Both the position numbers and the translations under genes were made by a program. The notes under the pieces are model-generated. The model saw only the letters and a list, made by a program, of their open reading frames with translations, did no database searches and was not told the origin of the DNA. DNA of 64,000 nt from an uncultured delta proteobacterium (GTDB lineage Bacteria > Myxococcota_A > Polyangia > Polyangiales > Polyangiaceae), in contig CAVOKF010000005.1 of assembly GCA_963696385.1 (NCBI GenBank), positions 544,001 to 608,000 of the forward strand, written 5' to 3'. This document shows positions 20,224 to 30,500 of this stretch, in pieces (the first letter of the stretch is position 1; each line of letters starts with the position of its first letter).

Positions 20224-20325
20224 CCTAGTACCCCGATTCCGCGGAATGGAAGGGTCGTTTTCCGCGATATTCCCGACGGGATCGGGTCGTCTCACCCCTC
20301 CGTTTCATGGAATCGGGGTACTAGG
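20224..20325. mobile_element. MITE-like element with 17-bp perfect terminal inverted repeats
   Basis: CCTAGTACCCCGATTCC (20224-20240) and GGAATCGGGGTACTAGG (20309-20325), between convergent genes. Confidence 0.7.
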
Positions 20326-20343
20326 GCGAACCGGCCCCTTGCT

Positions 20344-22218
20344 TCACGAGGCGCCGAGCAGGGTGGCCGATTCACCCATCACGCGCCACCCTCCCTTCGT
20401 ATCCATCGGCGGCATGCCGTCTCCTCCGTATCGCGGGTCCTCCGAAGACCACAGGGGCGACCAATCCATGCCGCGTGGCGCCGCCAGCAGCGGCTCAGGC
20501 AGGTGGACCAGATGGATGTCGGCTCCGAGATTGACTACGAGAAGCCGATCGGCTGGCTCGGTTGGGCCGAAAAACCGCAAGACGAACGCGTGCTCACCCA
20601 GGACGGCCCCCTCCAATCCGTGCGACCCCTGGGCTCGAAGGGTGCGGTCGTTCCACCGCAAAGCGACCAGATCCCGATGCAACCGCAATACGTCGACGTT
20701 GCGCTCCCGTTCCGCCGCGTCGAGCTTGCACTTGGCAAAAACGTGCGGGTCGGACGGGTCGTCCAGCGACTGGTTCATCGGGGTGAGGCCAATCGAAGGA
20801 AACTGGGCCAAAAATTTCGCTCGTCCCGTCCGCACGGCGGCCGCTACGTCCGGAGGGTGACTCGCGAAGTAGACGAAGGGGGCGCTCGATGAGAACTCCT
20901 GCCCTTGGAAAAGCATCGGCGTTCCGGGACCCAGCAGCACGAACGCCGTGAGCGCGCGCAGTCGCGCCGGATGAGTGCGCGCATGCAATCGCAAGCCGCG
21001 CGCCGTATTCGCGACCTGATCATGGTTTTCGAGGAAGGTGACGAAACGTTCCGGCGACAGACCCCGGGTCGATGTGCCGCGACGCTTTCCTTGCCACGCG
21101 TATCGTTGCCCCTGAAATAAGTAGCCGTGTTTGGCCCCTGAAATGAATTCCTGGGCGGCCCCGCCGTGATCGCTGTAGTAGGCCTCTCGGTGCCCCGTGA
21201 GCGCCACGACGGCCGAATGATGCAAATCATCGTTCCAAACCGCATCGAGTCCGTACCCTCCGTCTTCGAGAGGACGGACGAGCGTCGCGTCTTGAGACTC
21301 GCACTCCGCGACGAGGATCGTGCCTCGCCCGCGCGCGCGATCGCGTACGCGCTGGCCCAATTCAGCGATGATGTGGCACGGCGAGGTGTCGTGGATGGCC
21401 TGCGTCGCGTCCAATCGGAGCCCGTCGAAATGAAATTCGTCGATCCAATATCCGGCATTGCTCACGACGAACTCCCGCACCCCGGAGTGGCCTTCGCGGT
21501 CGTAATTGACGGCAGCACCCCATTCCGTGCAGAGTTCCTGGGTAAAATAGGTATCGGAAAATTGGGACAGGTAATTTCCGTCCGGGCCGAGATGGTTGTA
21601 GACGACGTCGAGGATCACGCCCAGTCCGAGCGAGTGCGCATGGTCGACGAATCGTCGTAAATCGTCCGGCGTCCCATAGAGGTGGGTCGGTGCAAAGAGG
21701 TCGACACCGTCATAGCCCCAGCCGAAGTCGCCGGGGAAGTCCGCGACCGGCATCATCTCGATCGTCGAGCAAACCCCCCGCAGCCGGTCGATTTCGCGGG
21801 TCGCGGCAGCCCACGTGCCCTCCCCGGTGAATGTACCCACGTGCATCTCGTAGATCACCTGTCCCCTCAGGCGGATGCCGTTCCAGTTCGCGTCCGTCCA
21901 AGCAAAGCGCGACGGATCGACGATCTCGGATGGACCGTGCGGCCCCTCAGGCTGGAAGCGCGAAGCCGGATCGGGGAACAGCTCTTCGCTTTCATCCAGC
22001 CGGAAGCGGTATCGCGCTCCAGCGCCCGCGTGCGCGACCGCCCCGCTGAAGTACCCGCCATTCTCGGGAAGCAACGCCTGTTCCGCGCCATGCTCGAATA
22101 CGACCGCGATCCGTTTTCGGCGTGGGGCCCAGACGCGGAAATGAGTGCCGCGGCTGAAAGGCTCCGCCCCCACGGGCAGGCGTCGGGTGAATGGCAAAGA
22201 AGGGCTCGTTCGGTTCAT
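20344..22218 (-). CDS. treZ: Malto-oligosyltrehalose trehalohydrolase
   Basis: PDPASRFQPEGPHG, WGYDGV, DVVYNHLGP, GLRLDATQ, ENHDQVAN; ATG at 22218. Confidence 0.93.
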   Translation of the reverse strand: MNRTSPSLPFTRRLPVGAEPFSRGTHFRVWAPRRKRIAVVFEHGAEQALLPENGGYFSGAVAHAGAGARYRFRLDESEELFPDPASRFQPEGPHGPSEIVDPSRFAWTDANWNGIRLRGQVIYEMHVGTFTGEGTWAAATREIDRLRGVCSTIEMMPVADFPGDFGWGYDGVDLFAPTHLYGTPDDLRRFVDHAHSLGLGVILDVVYNHLGPDGNYLSQFSDTYFTQELCTEWGAAVNYDREGHSGVREFVVSNAGYWIDEFHFDGLRLDATQAIHDTSPCHIIAELGQRVRDRARGRGTILVAECESQDATLVRPLEDGGYGLDAVWNDDLHHSAVVALTGHREAYYSDHGGAAQEFISGAKHGYLFQGQRYAWQGKRRGTSTRGLSPERFVTFLENHDQVANTARGLRLHARTHPARLRALTAFVLLGPGTPMLFQGQEFSSSAPFVYFASHPPDVAAAVRTGRAKFLAQFPSIGLTPMNQSLDDPSDPHVFAKCKLDAAERERNVDVLRLHRDLVALRWNDRTLRAQGSHGLEGAVLGEHAFVLRFFGPTEPADRLLVVNLGADIHLVHLPEPLLAAPRGMDWSPLWSSEDPRYGGDGMPPMDTKGGWRVMGESATLLGAS

Positions 22219-22320
22219 GAGTGAGGGACCTCGCGTGCGGTAACGCAAACGGGAGGCGCTTCGGGCGACACGGCCGGTGAAGGAAGCGGAGGGCGACCGC
22301 CGATCCATGAGTTGCGGGCG

Positions 22321-22336
22321 TGCAGCTCGCGTGCCA
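22321..22336 (-). promoter_or_regulatory. sigma54-type promoter for treZ
   Basis: TGGCACGCGAGCTGCA. Confidence 0.65.
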
Positions 22337-22386
22337 CGCGGTTCGTCCTTCGGCCGTTTGCGGGCTCCGTATCGACCCGTTTTGCC

Positions 22387-22403
22387 CGGCACGATGTTCG
22401 CAA
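22387..22403 (+). promoter_or_regulatory. sigma54-type promoter for kinase-REC/malQ
   Basis: CGGCACGATGTTCGCAA. Confidence 0.6.
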
Positions 22404-22416
22404 GCTCGGTGCGGCG

Positions 22417-23848
22417 ATGTTCGCCTCCAATCCGCCAAACGCTCCAACAGTCACGATGAAAATGCCCAACCGAGTGCGTCTTGCCGACGACGTCGACGAG
22501 TCGGTCCCCGACGCGGCGGCCACGGCGCCGACGCTCCCATCTCGTTCCTCGCCGTTCGACCCGACATCGGCGGCGGAAGAGCCCCGGTCGGAGACTCGCG
22601 GCATCGAGGCGGCGGCTCTGATTGGCGACGTCTATCGGGTGATGGGAACGCTTGGCACCGGCGCGATGGGCACCGTTCTGCTGGCGCAGGACGAAAGTCT
22701 GCACCGCCGGGTTGCCATCAAGTTCATCCGGCACGATCTCATCGACTCGGACTTCCGCCTTCGCTTTATCGAGGAGGCGCGAGCCATGGCTCGCGTCAAC
22801 CATCCGAACGTCTTGCAGATCTACGCATTCGGCGAGCACGGATGCGTTCCCTACTTCGTGATGGAGTTCGTTGACGGCATGACCCTCGAACAGTGGCGGG
22901 GTCGGAGGACAACGCCGATCGACATCGATCTTCTGATCCGAATCATCGAGGAAATCTGCCACGGGTTGTCGGCCATTCACGCCGCGGACACGCTTCATCG
23001 TGACCTGAAGCCGAGCAACATTTTATTGGACGCCAAGTTGAGACCTCGAATCGCAGATATGGGCCTGGCGGTCCTCCGCCGCGACCACGGGTCGATGCAC
23101 TGCGAGATTGCCGGTACACCCACTTACATGGCACCGGAGGTGGCGTTCGGCCGCGCAGTCGACCCGGCACATCGGTCTCGGGCCGACGTGTACTCGCTCG
23201 CATGCGTGGCGTACGAGCTTCTGACGGGACAGCCGCCCTTCCAGGCGGAGACGCAAATCGCAATGATGTTGCGCCATGCGACCGCCCCCGTGCCGCCGCC
23301 GAGCCAGTTCAATTCCGCGCTCGCTCCAGATGTCGACCACGCCATCCTACGTGCGCTTGCCAAGGATCCGGCCGTCCGGACGCCGACGGCCGAGGCGTTT
23401 CGGAGCGAGTTGATGCTGGGTCACAGCGACCCCAAGCCCGAACGAATCTTGGTCGTCGACGACGACATCGATTCGGGGGAAGCGCTTCGATCGTTTCTGG
23501 AATTGAGATTTCCCGATGCCGAGGTCGAGTGCGTGGGCGACGGGTTCGGCGCCATCGCCGCCTTCGATTCGAAAGTCTCCCTCCGTCGTCATCCTTGACC
23601 TGTGCATGCCGGGACTCGACGGGCTGCAGGTCACCGAGCAGATTCGACGGCGCGAAGAGTCCAGGAGGGTCCCGATCATCATCGTGACCGCCTCGGGCGG
23701 GCCCGAGCAATGGGGCAAGCTCTCGGACCTCGGCGCCGACGGCTTTCTCGTCAAGCCCGTTTCGTTCGACGACGTAGTCGCCCTCATTCATCGATCGCTG
23801 CGCGAGCGCATCGCGAGCGTTTGCTCGGCGGTCGTCGGTACGAAGTGA
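22417..23848 (+). CDS. Ser/Thr kinase fused to a C-terminal receiver domain; one-base frameshift near 23569
   Basis: Intact kinase motifs. REC begins RILVVDDD in one frame and continues SVVILDLCMPGLDG...FLVKP in ORF 23516..23848. Confidence 0.85.
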
Positions 23849-25429
23849 ATGGGCACGCCCGCGCGCGTACCGACGTTGCGAATCCGGTCGAGCGGCGTCT
23901 TGCTTCATCCGACGTGCCTTCCCGGTCGCCACGGCAGCGGCGATCTCGGCGCGGAGGCTCGGTCGTTTGTCGACTTTCTCGCGTCCGCCGGCCAAAGGTG
24001 GTGGGCCATGTTGCCGGTCGCTCCGCCTGGCTACGGCGAGTCCCCGTACAGTGCCCAGTCCGCATTCGCGGGAAGCCCTCTGCTCGTCAGTCCCGATCGG
24101 CTGGTGCAGGACGGTTGGCTCTCCCCCGGCGAAGTGGTGCCGGTGCGACCCCTTCCGGCCGAACGCGTCCACTACCTGCCGATGGAGAAGCACCGGATGC
24201 GTCTGCTCCGGCTGGCCTTCGATCGATGGAACGCGCGTCGTCCCGATGAGCGGGACTACGAACGTTTCTGCGCGGAACGTGAGGTGTGGCTGCACGACTT
24301 TGCACTGTTTCGCGCGCTCAAGCGGCGCCACGGCGGCGCACCGTGGACCCATTGGCCGGCGGGCGTTCGGTTGCGCGACCCGGCGGCTCTCGACGGGGCG
24401 CGAAAAAGCCTCGCCGACGAGATCGCATTCGAGCAATTCGTCCAGTACGCATTTGAGCAGCAATGGGGCGGCCTGCGCCACTACGCCGCGGCACGCGGCA
24501 TTGGCCTCATCGGCGACATCCCCCTCTTCGTCGCCCACGACAGCGCCGACGTCTGGCAAGATCCGCGCGCATTTCACCTCGATCACGCGGGCGATCCCAC
24601 ATGGGTCGCGGGCGTTCCGCCCGACTACTTCAGCAGCACCGGCCAGCGATGGGGCAACCCGCTGTATCGCTGGGAGCGCATGCGTCGCTCCGGCTACCGG
24701 TGGTGGTGCGATCGACTGCGCGCGACTCTGCGTCGCTTCGACGCCTTACGCGTCGACCATTTCATCGGCTTCCAGCGCTACTGGCGCATCCCGGCAGCGG
24801 AACCAACGGCGGTTCGAGGACAGTGGATGAAAGGGCCCGGCGCGGACTTCTTCGCCGCCATGACCGCTGAGCTGGGCGAGTTGCCGCTCATCGCCGAAGA
24901 CTTGGGGGCGGTCACGCCTTCGGTCTTCGCGTTGCGGGATCGCTTCGGCCTCCCCGGCATCAAAATCCTTCAATTTGCGTTTGGCAGCGATCCGAACGCA
25001 CACACGTTTCTTCCGCACAATTTCCCGCGCAGGGCCGTGGTATTCACGGGCAGCCACGACAACGACACGACGGTCGGCTGGTTTCACGACGGGGGCGGAG
25101 GCGACAATCCCCGATCGCCGGCCCAGGCGCAAGCCGAGCGCGATGCGACTCGGCGCTACTTGGGGGTGACGGGCAAAGAGATTCATTGGGACATGATTCG
25201 CGCGGCGCTCGCGTCGGTGGCTCGTCTGGCGATCGTGCCGCTTCAAGACATCCTCGGGCTTGGTTCGGAGGCCCGATTCAACCGTCCGGGGACGGCGACG
25301 GGCAACTGGGCGTGGCGGTTCGAGCACGCCGTCGACTCCGCCAGCGCCGAGCGTCTCGCGGCGTTGGCGCGAACGTACGGGCGCCAGGGACCGGCAGGGA
25401 CACGTCTGAAGCGAGGACGGGCGGGATGA
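23849..25429 (+). CDS. malQ: 4-alpha-glucanotransferase (GH77)
   Basis: SGVLLHPTCLPG, GVPPDYFS, RVDHFIG, IAEDLG, TGSHDNDT. Confidence 0.95.
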   Translation: MGTPARVPTLRIRSSGVLLHPTCLPGRHGSGDLGAEARSFVDFLASAGQRWWAMLPVAPPGYGESPYSAQSAFAGSPLLVSPDRLVQDGWLSPGEVVPVRPLPAERVHYLPMEKHRMRLLRLAFDRWNARRPDERDYERFCAEREVWLHDFALFRALKRRHGGAPWTHWPAGVRLRDPAALDGARKSLADEIAFEQFVQYAFEQQWGGLRHYAAARGIGLIGDIPLFVAHDSADVWQDPRAFHLDHAGDPTWVAGVPPDYFSSTGQRWGNPLYRWERMRRSGYRWWCDRLRATLRRFDALRVDHFIGFQRYWRIPAAEPTAVRGQWMKGPGADFFAAMTAELGELPLIAEDLGAVTPSVFALRDRFGLPGIKILQFAFGSDPNAHTFLPHNFPRRAVVFTGSHDNDTTVGWFHDGGGGDNPRSPAQAQAERDATRRYLGVTGKEIHWDMIRAALASVARLAIVPLQDILGLGSEARFNRPGTATGNWAWRFEHAVDSASAERLAALARTYGRQGPAGTRLKRGRAG

Positions 25430-25639
25430 TTGGCTCGAGCGCGATCCTCGAAGGCGCAGTTCGCCACCCGGAGGTCGATCCCAAAACGTCGGGAACGTTC
25501 GGCAAGGAGCTCGCGCGCCGCCCGCGCCTCAGCGTGCCAAATACAGCACACATGGGGCATTTTTGCGCTCTGCCCACTCCCGCGCTGTCCAGGTTCCAAC
25601 TGCATGAAAATCCAGGATCTTCCCGGTCTCTCGATCCAT

Positions 25640-25655
25640 CGGCACGGCTTCTGCT
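25640..25655 (+). promoter_or_regulatory. sigma54-type promoter of the sigma54 activator gene
   Basis: CGGCACGGCTTCTGCT. Confidence 0.6.
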
Positions 25656-25714
25656 GGGCTCAACGGCACCACCGGGTGCATGACGTCAACGGCGACGAAC
25701 GAAAGGGCGCGAAC

Positions 25715-27142
25715 GTGGAAGGACGCATTCTCATTATCGATGACGACGAAAGTATGTTGGACCTGCTTCGGGCCGAGCTGGAGGGCAGGCAATACGAAGT
25801 CGTCACCCAGACCTCTCCGCAGACTGCGCTCCAGCAACTCGCGGGTCACGACTTCAGCGCCGTCTTGAGCGATATCAACATGCGAGGAATGAGCGGCGTC
25901 GACCTATGCCGCGAGGTCGTCACCCTGCGCGAGGACACTCCCGTCATCGTGATGACGGCGTTTGCCAGCATCGATTTCGCCGTCGCTTCGATTCGCGCCG
26001 GTGCGTACGACTTTGTGACGAAACCAGTCGATGCGGACGAACTCGCTCTGACGATCGACCGTGCTCTGAAGCACCACGCGCTGCGCGAGGAGGTCAAGCG
26101 CCTGCGGCGCGCCGTCGGCGAACGCCAGGTCTTTGCCGACATCCTCGGGGAAAGCCCTGCGATCACAAAAATGTGCGATGTCATTGCTCGCGTCGCCGAC
26201 ACCGAAGCCAGCGTTCTCATTACGGGGGAAAGCGGCACCGGCAAGGAGCTCGTCGCGCGGGCATTTCATGCCCGAAGTTCTCGCGCGGCCGGACCGTTTG
26301 TCGCCATCAACTGCGCGGCGATGCCGGAATCGCTTCTTGAGAGCGAGCTGTTCGGCCATGCCAGAGGCGCGTTTACCGACGCCCGATCCTCGCGCAGCGG
26401 GCTCTTCGTCAAGGCGACCGGGGGCACGCTCTTTCTGGACGAGGTCGCGGAGATGCCGTTGCCTATGCAGGCGAAGCTCCTGCGGGCCCTTCAGGAGCGA
26501 ACGGTCCGCCCCGTGGGAGGCGACACGGAAGTGCCGTTCAATGCGCGCATCGTCGCCGCCACGAACCGCGACCTCGAAGAGGAGATCGAACAGCGGCGGT
26601 TCCGAGAAGACTTGTTCTATCGGATCAACGTGGTCCACATTCATGTCCCGCCCCTTCGCCAACGCGAGAACGACGTCGTTCTGCTGGCCCAGAATTTCTT
26701 GCGTCAAGGCCAGCCCGGCGGCAGTCCGCGCGTCGTGGGCCTGAGGGTCGCGGCCGCCGAGCGCCTGCGCGCGTACCCGTGGCCGGGCAACGTCCGGGAG
26801 CTTCAGAATTGCATCGAGCGAGCCCTCGCCCTCTCGCAGTTCGATCACATCGGCGTCGAGGATTTGCCGGAGCGGATCCGCGAATTCAAGTGCCCTCGTC
26901 CCGTCGTTGAAAGCGCGGATCCTCTCACGATTCTGCCGATCGATGAAGTGGAGCGGCGCTACATCGCAAAGGCAATTGAGGCGCTCGGCGGAAACAAGTC
27001 CTCCGCGGCTCGTCTGCTGGGGATGGACCGCAGAACGCTTTACCGAAAGCTCGAGCGCTGGAGTACCTCGACCCCGAAGCCGGACGGCCCCCACGAGACG
27101 AAGGGGACCGCCCACGGGCGCTCCTCGAACGCCCTCTGTTGA
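25715..27142 (+). CDS. sigma54-dependent response regulator (REC-AAA+-Fis HTH)
   Basis: ILIIDDD, GESGTGKE, GAFTDA, WPGNVREL, DRRTLYRKL; start moved to GTG 25715. Confidence 0.95.
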   Translation: MEGRILIIDDDESMLDLLRAELEGRQYEVVTQTSPQTALQQLAGHDFSAVLSDINMRGMSGVDLCREVVTLREDTPVIVMTAFASIDFAVASIRAGAYDFVTKPVDADELALTIDRALKHHALREEVKRLRRAVGERQVFADILGESPAITKMCDVIARVADTEASVLITGESGTGKELVARAFHARSSRAAGPFVAINCAAMPESLLESELFGHARGAFTDARSSRSGLFVKATGGTLFLDEVAEMPLPMQAKLLRALQERTVRPVGGDTEVPFNARIVAATNRDLEEEIEQRRFREDLFYRINVVHIHVPPLRQRENDVVLLAQNFLRQGQPGGSPRVVGLRVAAAERLRAYPWPGNVRELQNCIERALALSQFDHIGVEDLPERIREFKCPRPVVESADPLTILPIDEVERRYIAKAIEALGGNKSSAARLLGMDRRTLYRKLERWSTSTPKPDGPHETKGTAHGRSSNALC

Positions 27143-27544
27143 ACGGATGTCGTCGACCCGTGCACGAGTTTCCGGGCTTGGCCCTGCCTGATCCCGTGCA
27201 TACGCAGATGCCTCACTCCGGTGGTTGCTGAGGAGTTCCGCTGCCACACGCCGCAATTTCGTGCGCCCGTTGCCGGCGGCCGCCTCGCAAGAGGTCTCCG
27301 TGGCCTTGGCGGCTGGGGACGAGCCCGATTCGGGGGGATCGTCGGGACACGATTCTTCTAGGGGCCAATAGGTCGATTCAAGCGTTCGCTTTCCCGCGAA
27401 GGCGCGGGGCGAAACCTGCCCGACTCCATGGCAGAGGACGGCAAGAAATAGTGGCTGTGCGCAGCCGTGCGATAGGTGCTTACGCACCAACCAACCCCGT
27501 GTCATAGTCGGTTGTCGCTGGCAGGAGCCGGCAACAGGATCGTC

Positions 27545-30500
27545 ATGTCCAACAATGTGGCCTCCGATTCGAAGTCCGCGGTTCCGGAGGCGCCCCGTTC
27601 GCCCCCGAAAGACGACGTCGCGACGAAACTCGTCGCGCCGAGCGAGGGCTTCGCGCCGAATCGCCCGCACGAAGGCGCGTTTTCCCGCGATCTCCTCGTC
27701 GCCCTGCTGCGGTTCAAAGAAGGCGATTTCAGCGCCCGCCTCGCTTCCGATTTCACCGGCATCGACGGAAAAATTGCCGACGTCTTCAATGAGATTCTGG
27801 GTGTCAGCGCGCGCCGCTCCGTCGAGATCGCGCGTGTGTGCAGAGTGGTGGGCAAGGAGGGCAAGCTCAAGCAGCGCATGAACGTACCGGGCGCCGTCGG
27901 GGGTTGGGCCGATGAGGTCGTATCGCTCAATACGCTCATCGACGATCTGGTCTGGCCGACCACCGAGGTGACGCGCGCCATTGGCGCGGTCGCAAAGGGC
28001 GATCTCACCCAGGCGATGGCGCTCGAGGTCGATGGCAGACCGCTCGAGGGCGAGTTTCTCCGCTCCGCCCAGCTCGTCAACAAGATGATTGACCAGCTGT
28101 CCGTCTTCACCTCCGAGGTGACCCGCGTGGCGCGTGAAGTCGGGACCGAGGGCAAACTCGGTGGCCAGGCCCAAGTGAAGGGCGTCTCGGGCGTGTGGAA
28201 GGACCTGACCGAGTCTGTCAATCAGATGGCCGGCAACCTGACCGCTCAGGTGCGCAACATCGCGGAGGTGACCATCGCCGTCGCAAGTGGCGATCTATCG
28301 AAAAAAATTACGGTCGACGTTCGCGGCGAGATTCTCCAGCTCAAGGAAGCCATCAATACGATGGTCGAACAGCTTCGCTCGTTCGCCTCGGAGGTCACTC
28401 GTGTCGCGCGCGAGGTCGGCACGGAGGGAAAGCTCGGCGGACAAGCGGTTGTCCCGGGCGTTGCAGGAACATGGAAAGATCTCACCGACAACGTCAACTC
28501 GATGGCGTCGAACTTGACGGGCCAGGTGCGCAACATCGCGGAGGTGACCACGGCGGTGGCCCGCGGCGACCTCTCTCGCAAGATCACAGTCGACGTCAAA
28601 GGCGAGATTCTCGAGCTGAAGAACACGATCAACACGATGGTCGACCAGCTCAATGGGTTTGCCTCGGAGGTGTCACGCGTCGCCCGAGAGGTGGGGACCG
28701 AGGGCAAGCTCGGTGGACAGGCCCAAGTGCCCGGCGTGGCCGGCACGTGGAAGGACCTCACCGACAACGTCAACTCGATGGCGTCGAACCTGACCAACCA
28801 GGTGCGCAACATCGCGGAAGTCACGACGGCCGTGGCGCGGGGCGATCTGTCTCGCAAGATTACGGTCGACGTCAAAGGCGAGATTCTTCAGTTGAAAGAC
28901 ACGATCAACACGATGGTCGATCAGCTCAACGGCTTCGCTTCGGAGGTGAGCCGTGTCGCGCGCGAGGTGGGCACCGAAGGCAAGTTGGGAGGCCAGGCGG
29001 TTGTCCCCGGAGTCGCGGGCACGTGGAAGGATCTCACCGACAACGTCAACTCGATGGCGTCCAACTTGACCGGCCAGGTGCGCAACATCGCGGAGGTCAC
29101 GACGGCGGTCGCCAAAGGCGACCTATCGCGCAAGATCACGGTCGACGTCAAAGGCGAGATTCTCGAGCTGAAGAACACGATCAACACGATGGTCGATCAG
29201 CTCAATGGGTTTGCCTCGGAGGTGTCGCGCGTCGCCCGGGAGGTCGGGACCGAGGGCAAGCTCGGCGGCCAGGCCCAGGTGCCCGGCGTGGCCGGCACCT
29301 GGAAGGATCTGACCGACAACGTCAATGCGATGGCCTCGAACCTCACGGGCCAGGTACGCAACATTGCCGATGTCGCGACCGCCATCGCCAACGGTGACCT
29401 GTCGCGCAAGATCACAGTCGACGTCAAAGGCGAGATTCTCGAGCTGAAAAATACGATTAATCGCATGGTCGATCAGCTCAATGCCTTCGCGTCCGAGGTC
29501 ACGCGTGTCGCGAAGGAGGTCGGCACCGAGGGCAAACTCGGCGGTCAGGCCGAGGTCGATGGGGTCGCCGGCGTCTGGAAGAATCTCACGGAGAACGTCA
29601 ACTCGATGGCCTCGAATCTGACCGATCAGGTTCGAAACATCGCCGAGGTGGCGACGGCCGTGGCGCGAGGAGACTTGTCGCGCAAGATCACCGTCGACGT
29701 GAAAGGCGAGATTCTCGCCCTGAAAAACACGATCAACACGATGGTCGATCAGCTCAACGCGTTCGCCTCGGAAGTTTCCCGCGTGGCCCGCGAGGTGGGG
29801 ACCGAGGGCAAGCTCGGTGGCCAGGCCCAGGTGGGCGGCGTTGCCGGCACCTGGAAGGACCTGACCGACAACGTCAATTCGATGGCGTCCAACCTGACCA
29901 ACCAGGTTCGCAATATCGCGGAAGTGACGACCGCGGTCGCCCGCGGCGACTTGTCGCGCAAGATCACCGTCGACGTAAAGGGCGAGATTCTCGAGCTCAA
30001 GAACACCATCAACACGATGGTGGATCAGCTCAACGGGTTCGCCTCCGAGGTCTCTCGCGTCGCCCGCGAAGTGGGGACGGAGGGCAAGCTCGGCGGACAG
30101 GCGCAAGTCCCCGGCGTGGCCGGTACCTGGAAGGATCTCACCGACAACGTCAACTCGATGGCATCCAACCTGACCAACCAGGTTCGCAACATCGCCGACG
30201 TCACCATCGCGGTCGCCAAAGGCGACCTCTCCAAGAAGATCACGGTGGACGTGCGGGGCGAAATCCTTCAGCTCAAAGACACGATCAACACCATGGTCGA
30301 TCAGCTCAACGGGTTCGCCTCCGAGGTCTCTCGCGTGGCTCGCGAGGTGGGCACGGAGGGCAAGCTCGGCGGCCAGGCGCAGGTGCCCGGCGTGGCCGGC
30401 ACCTGGAAGGATCTCACCGACAACGTCAACGCGATGGCTTCGAACCTGACGGGCCAGGTCCGTAACATCGCCGACGTGGCGACCGCGATTGCGCGGGGCG

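Noticed and set aside
27406..27422. GGGGC-N7-GCCCC palindrome as an activator binding site
   Set aside because: Too short and GC-rich to distinguish from chance.
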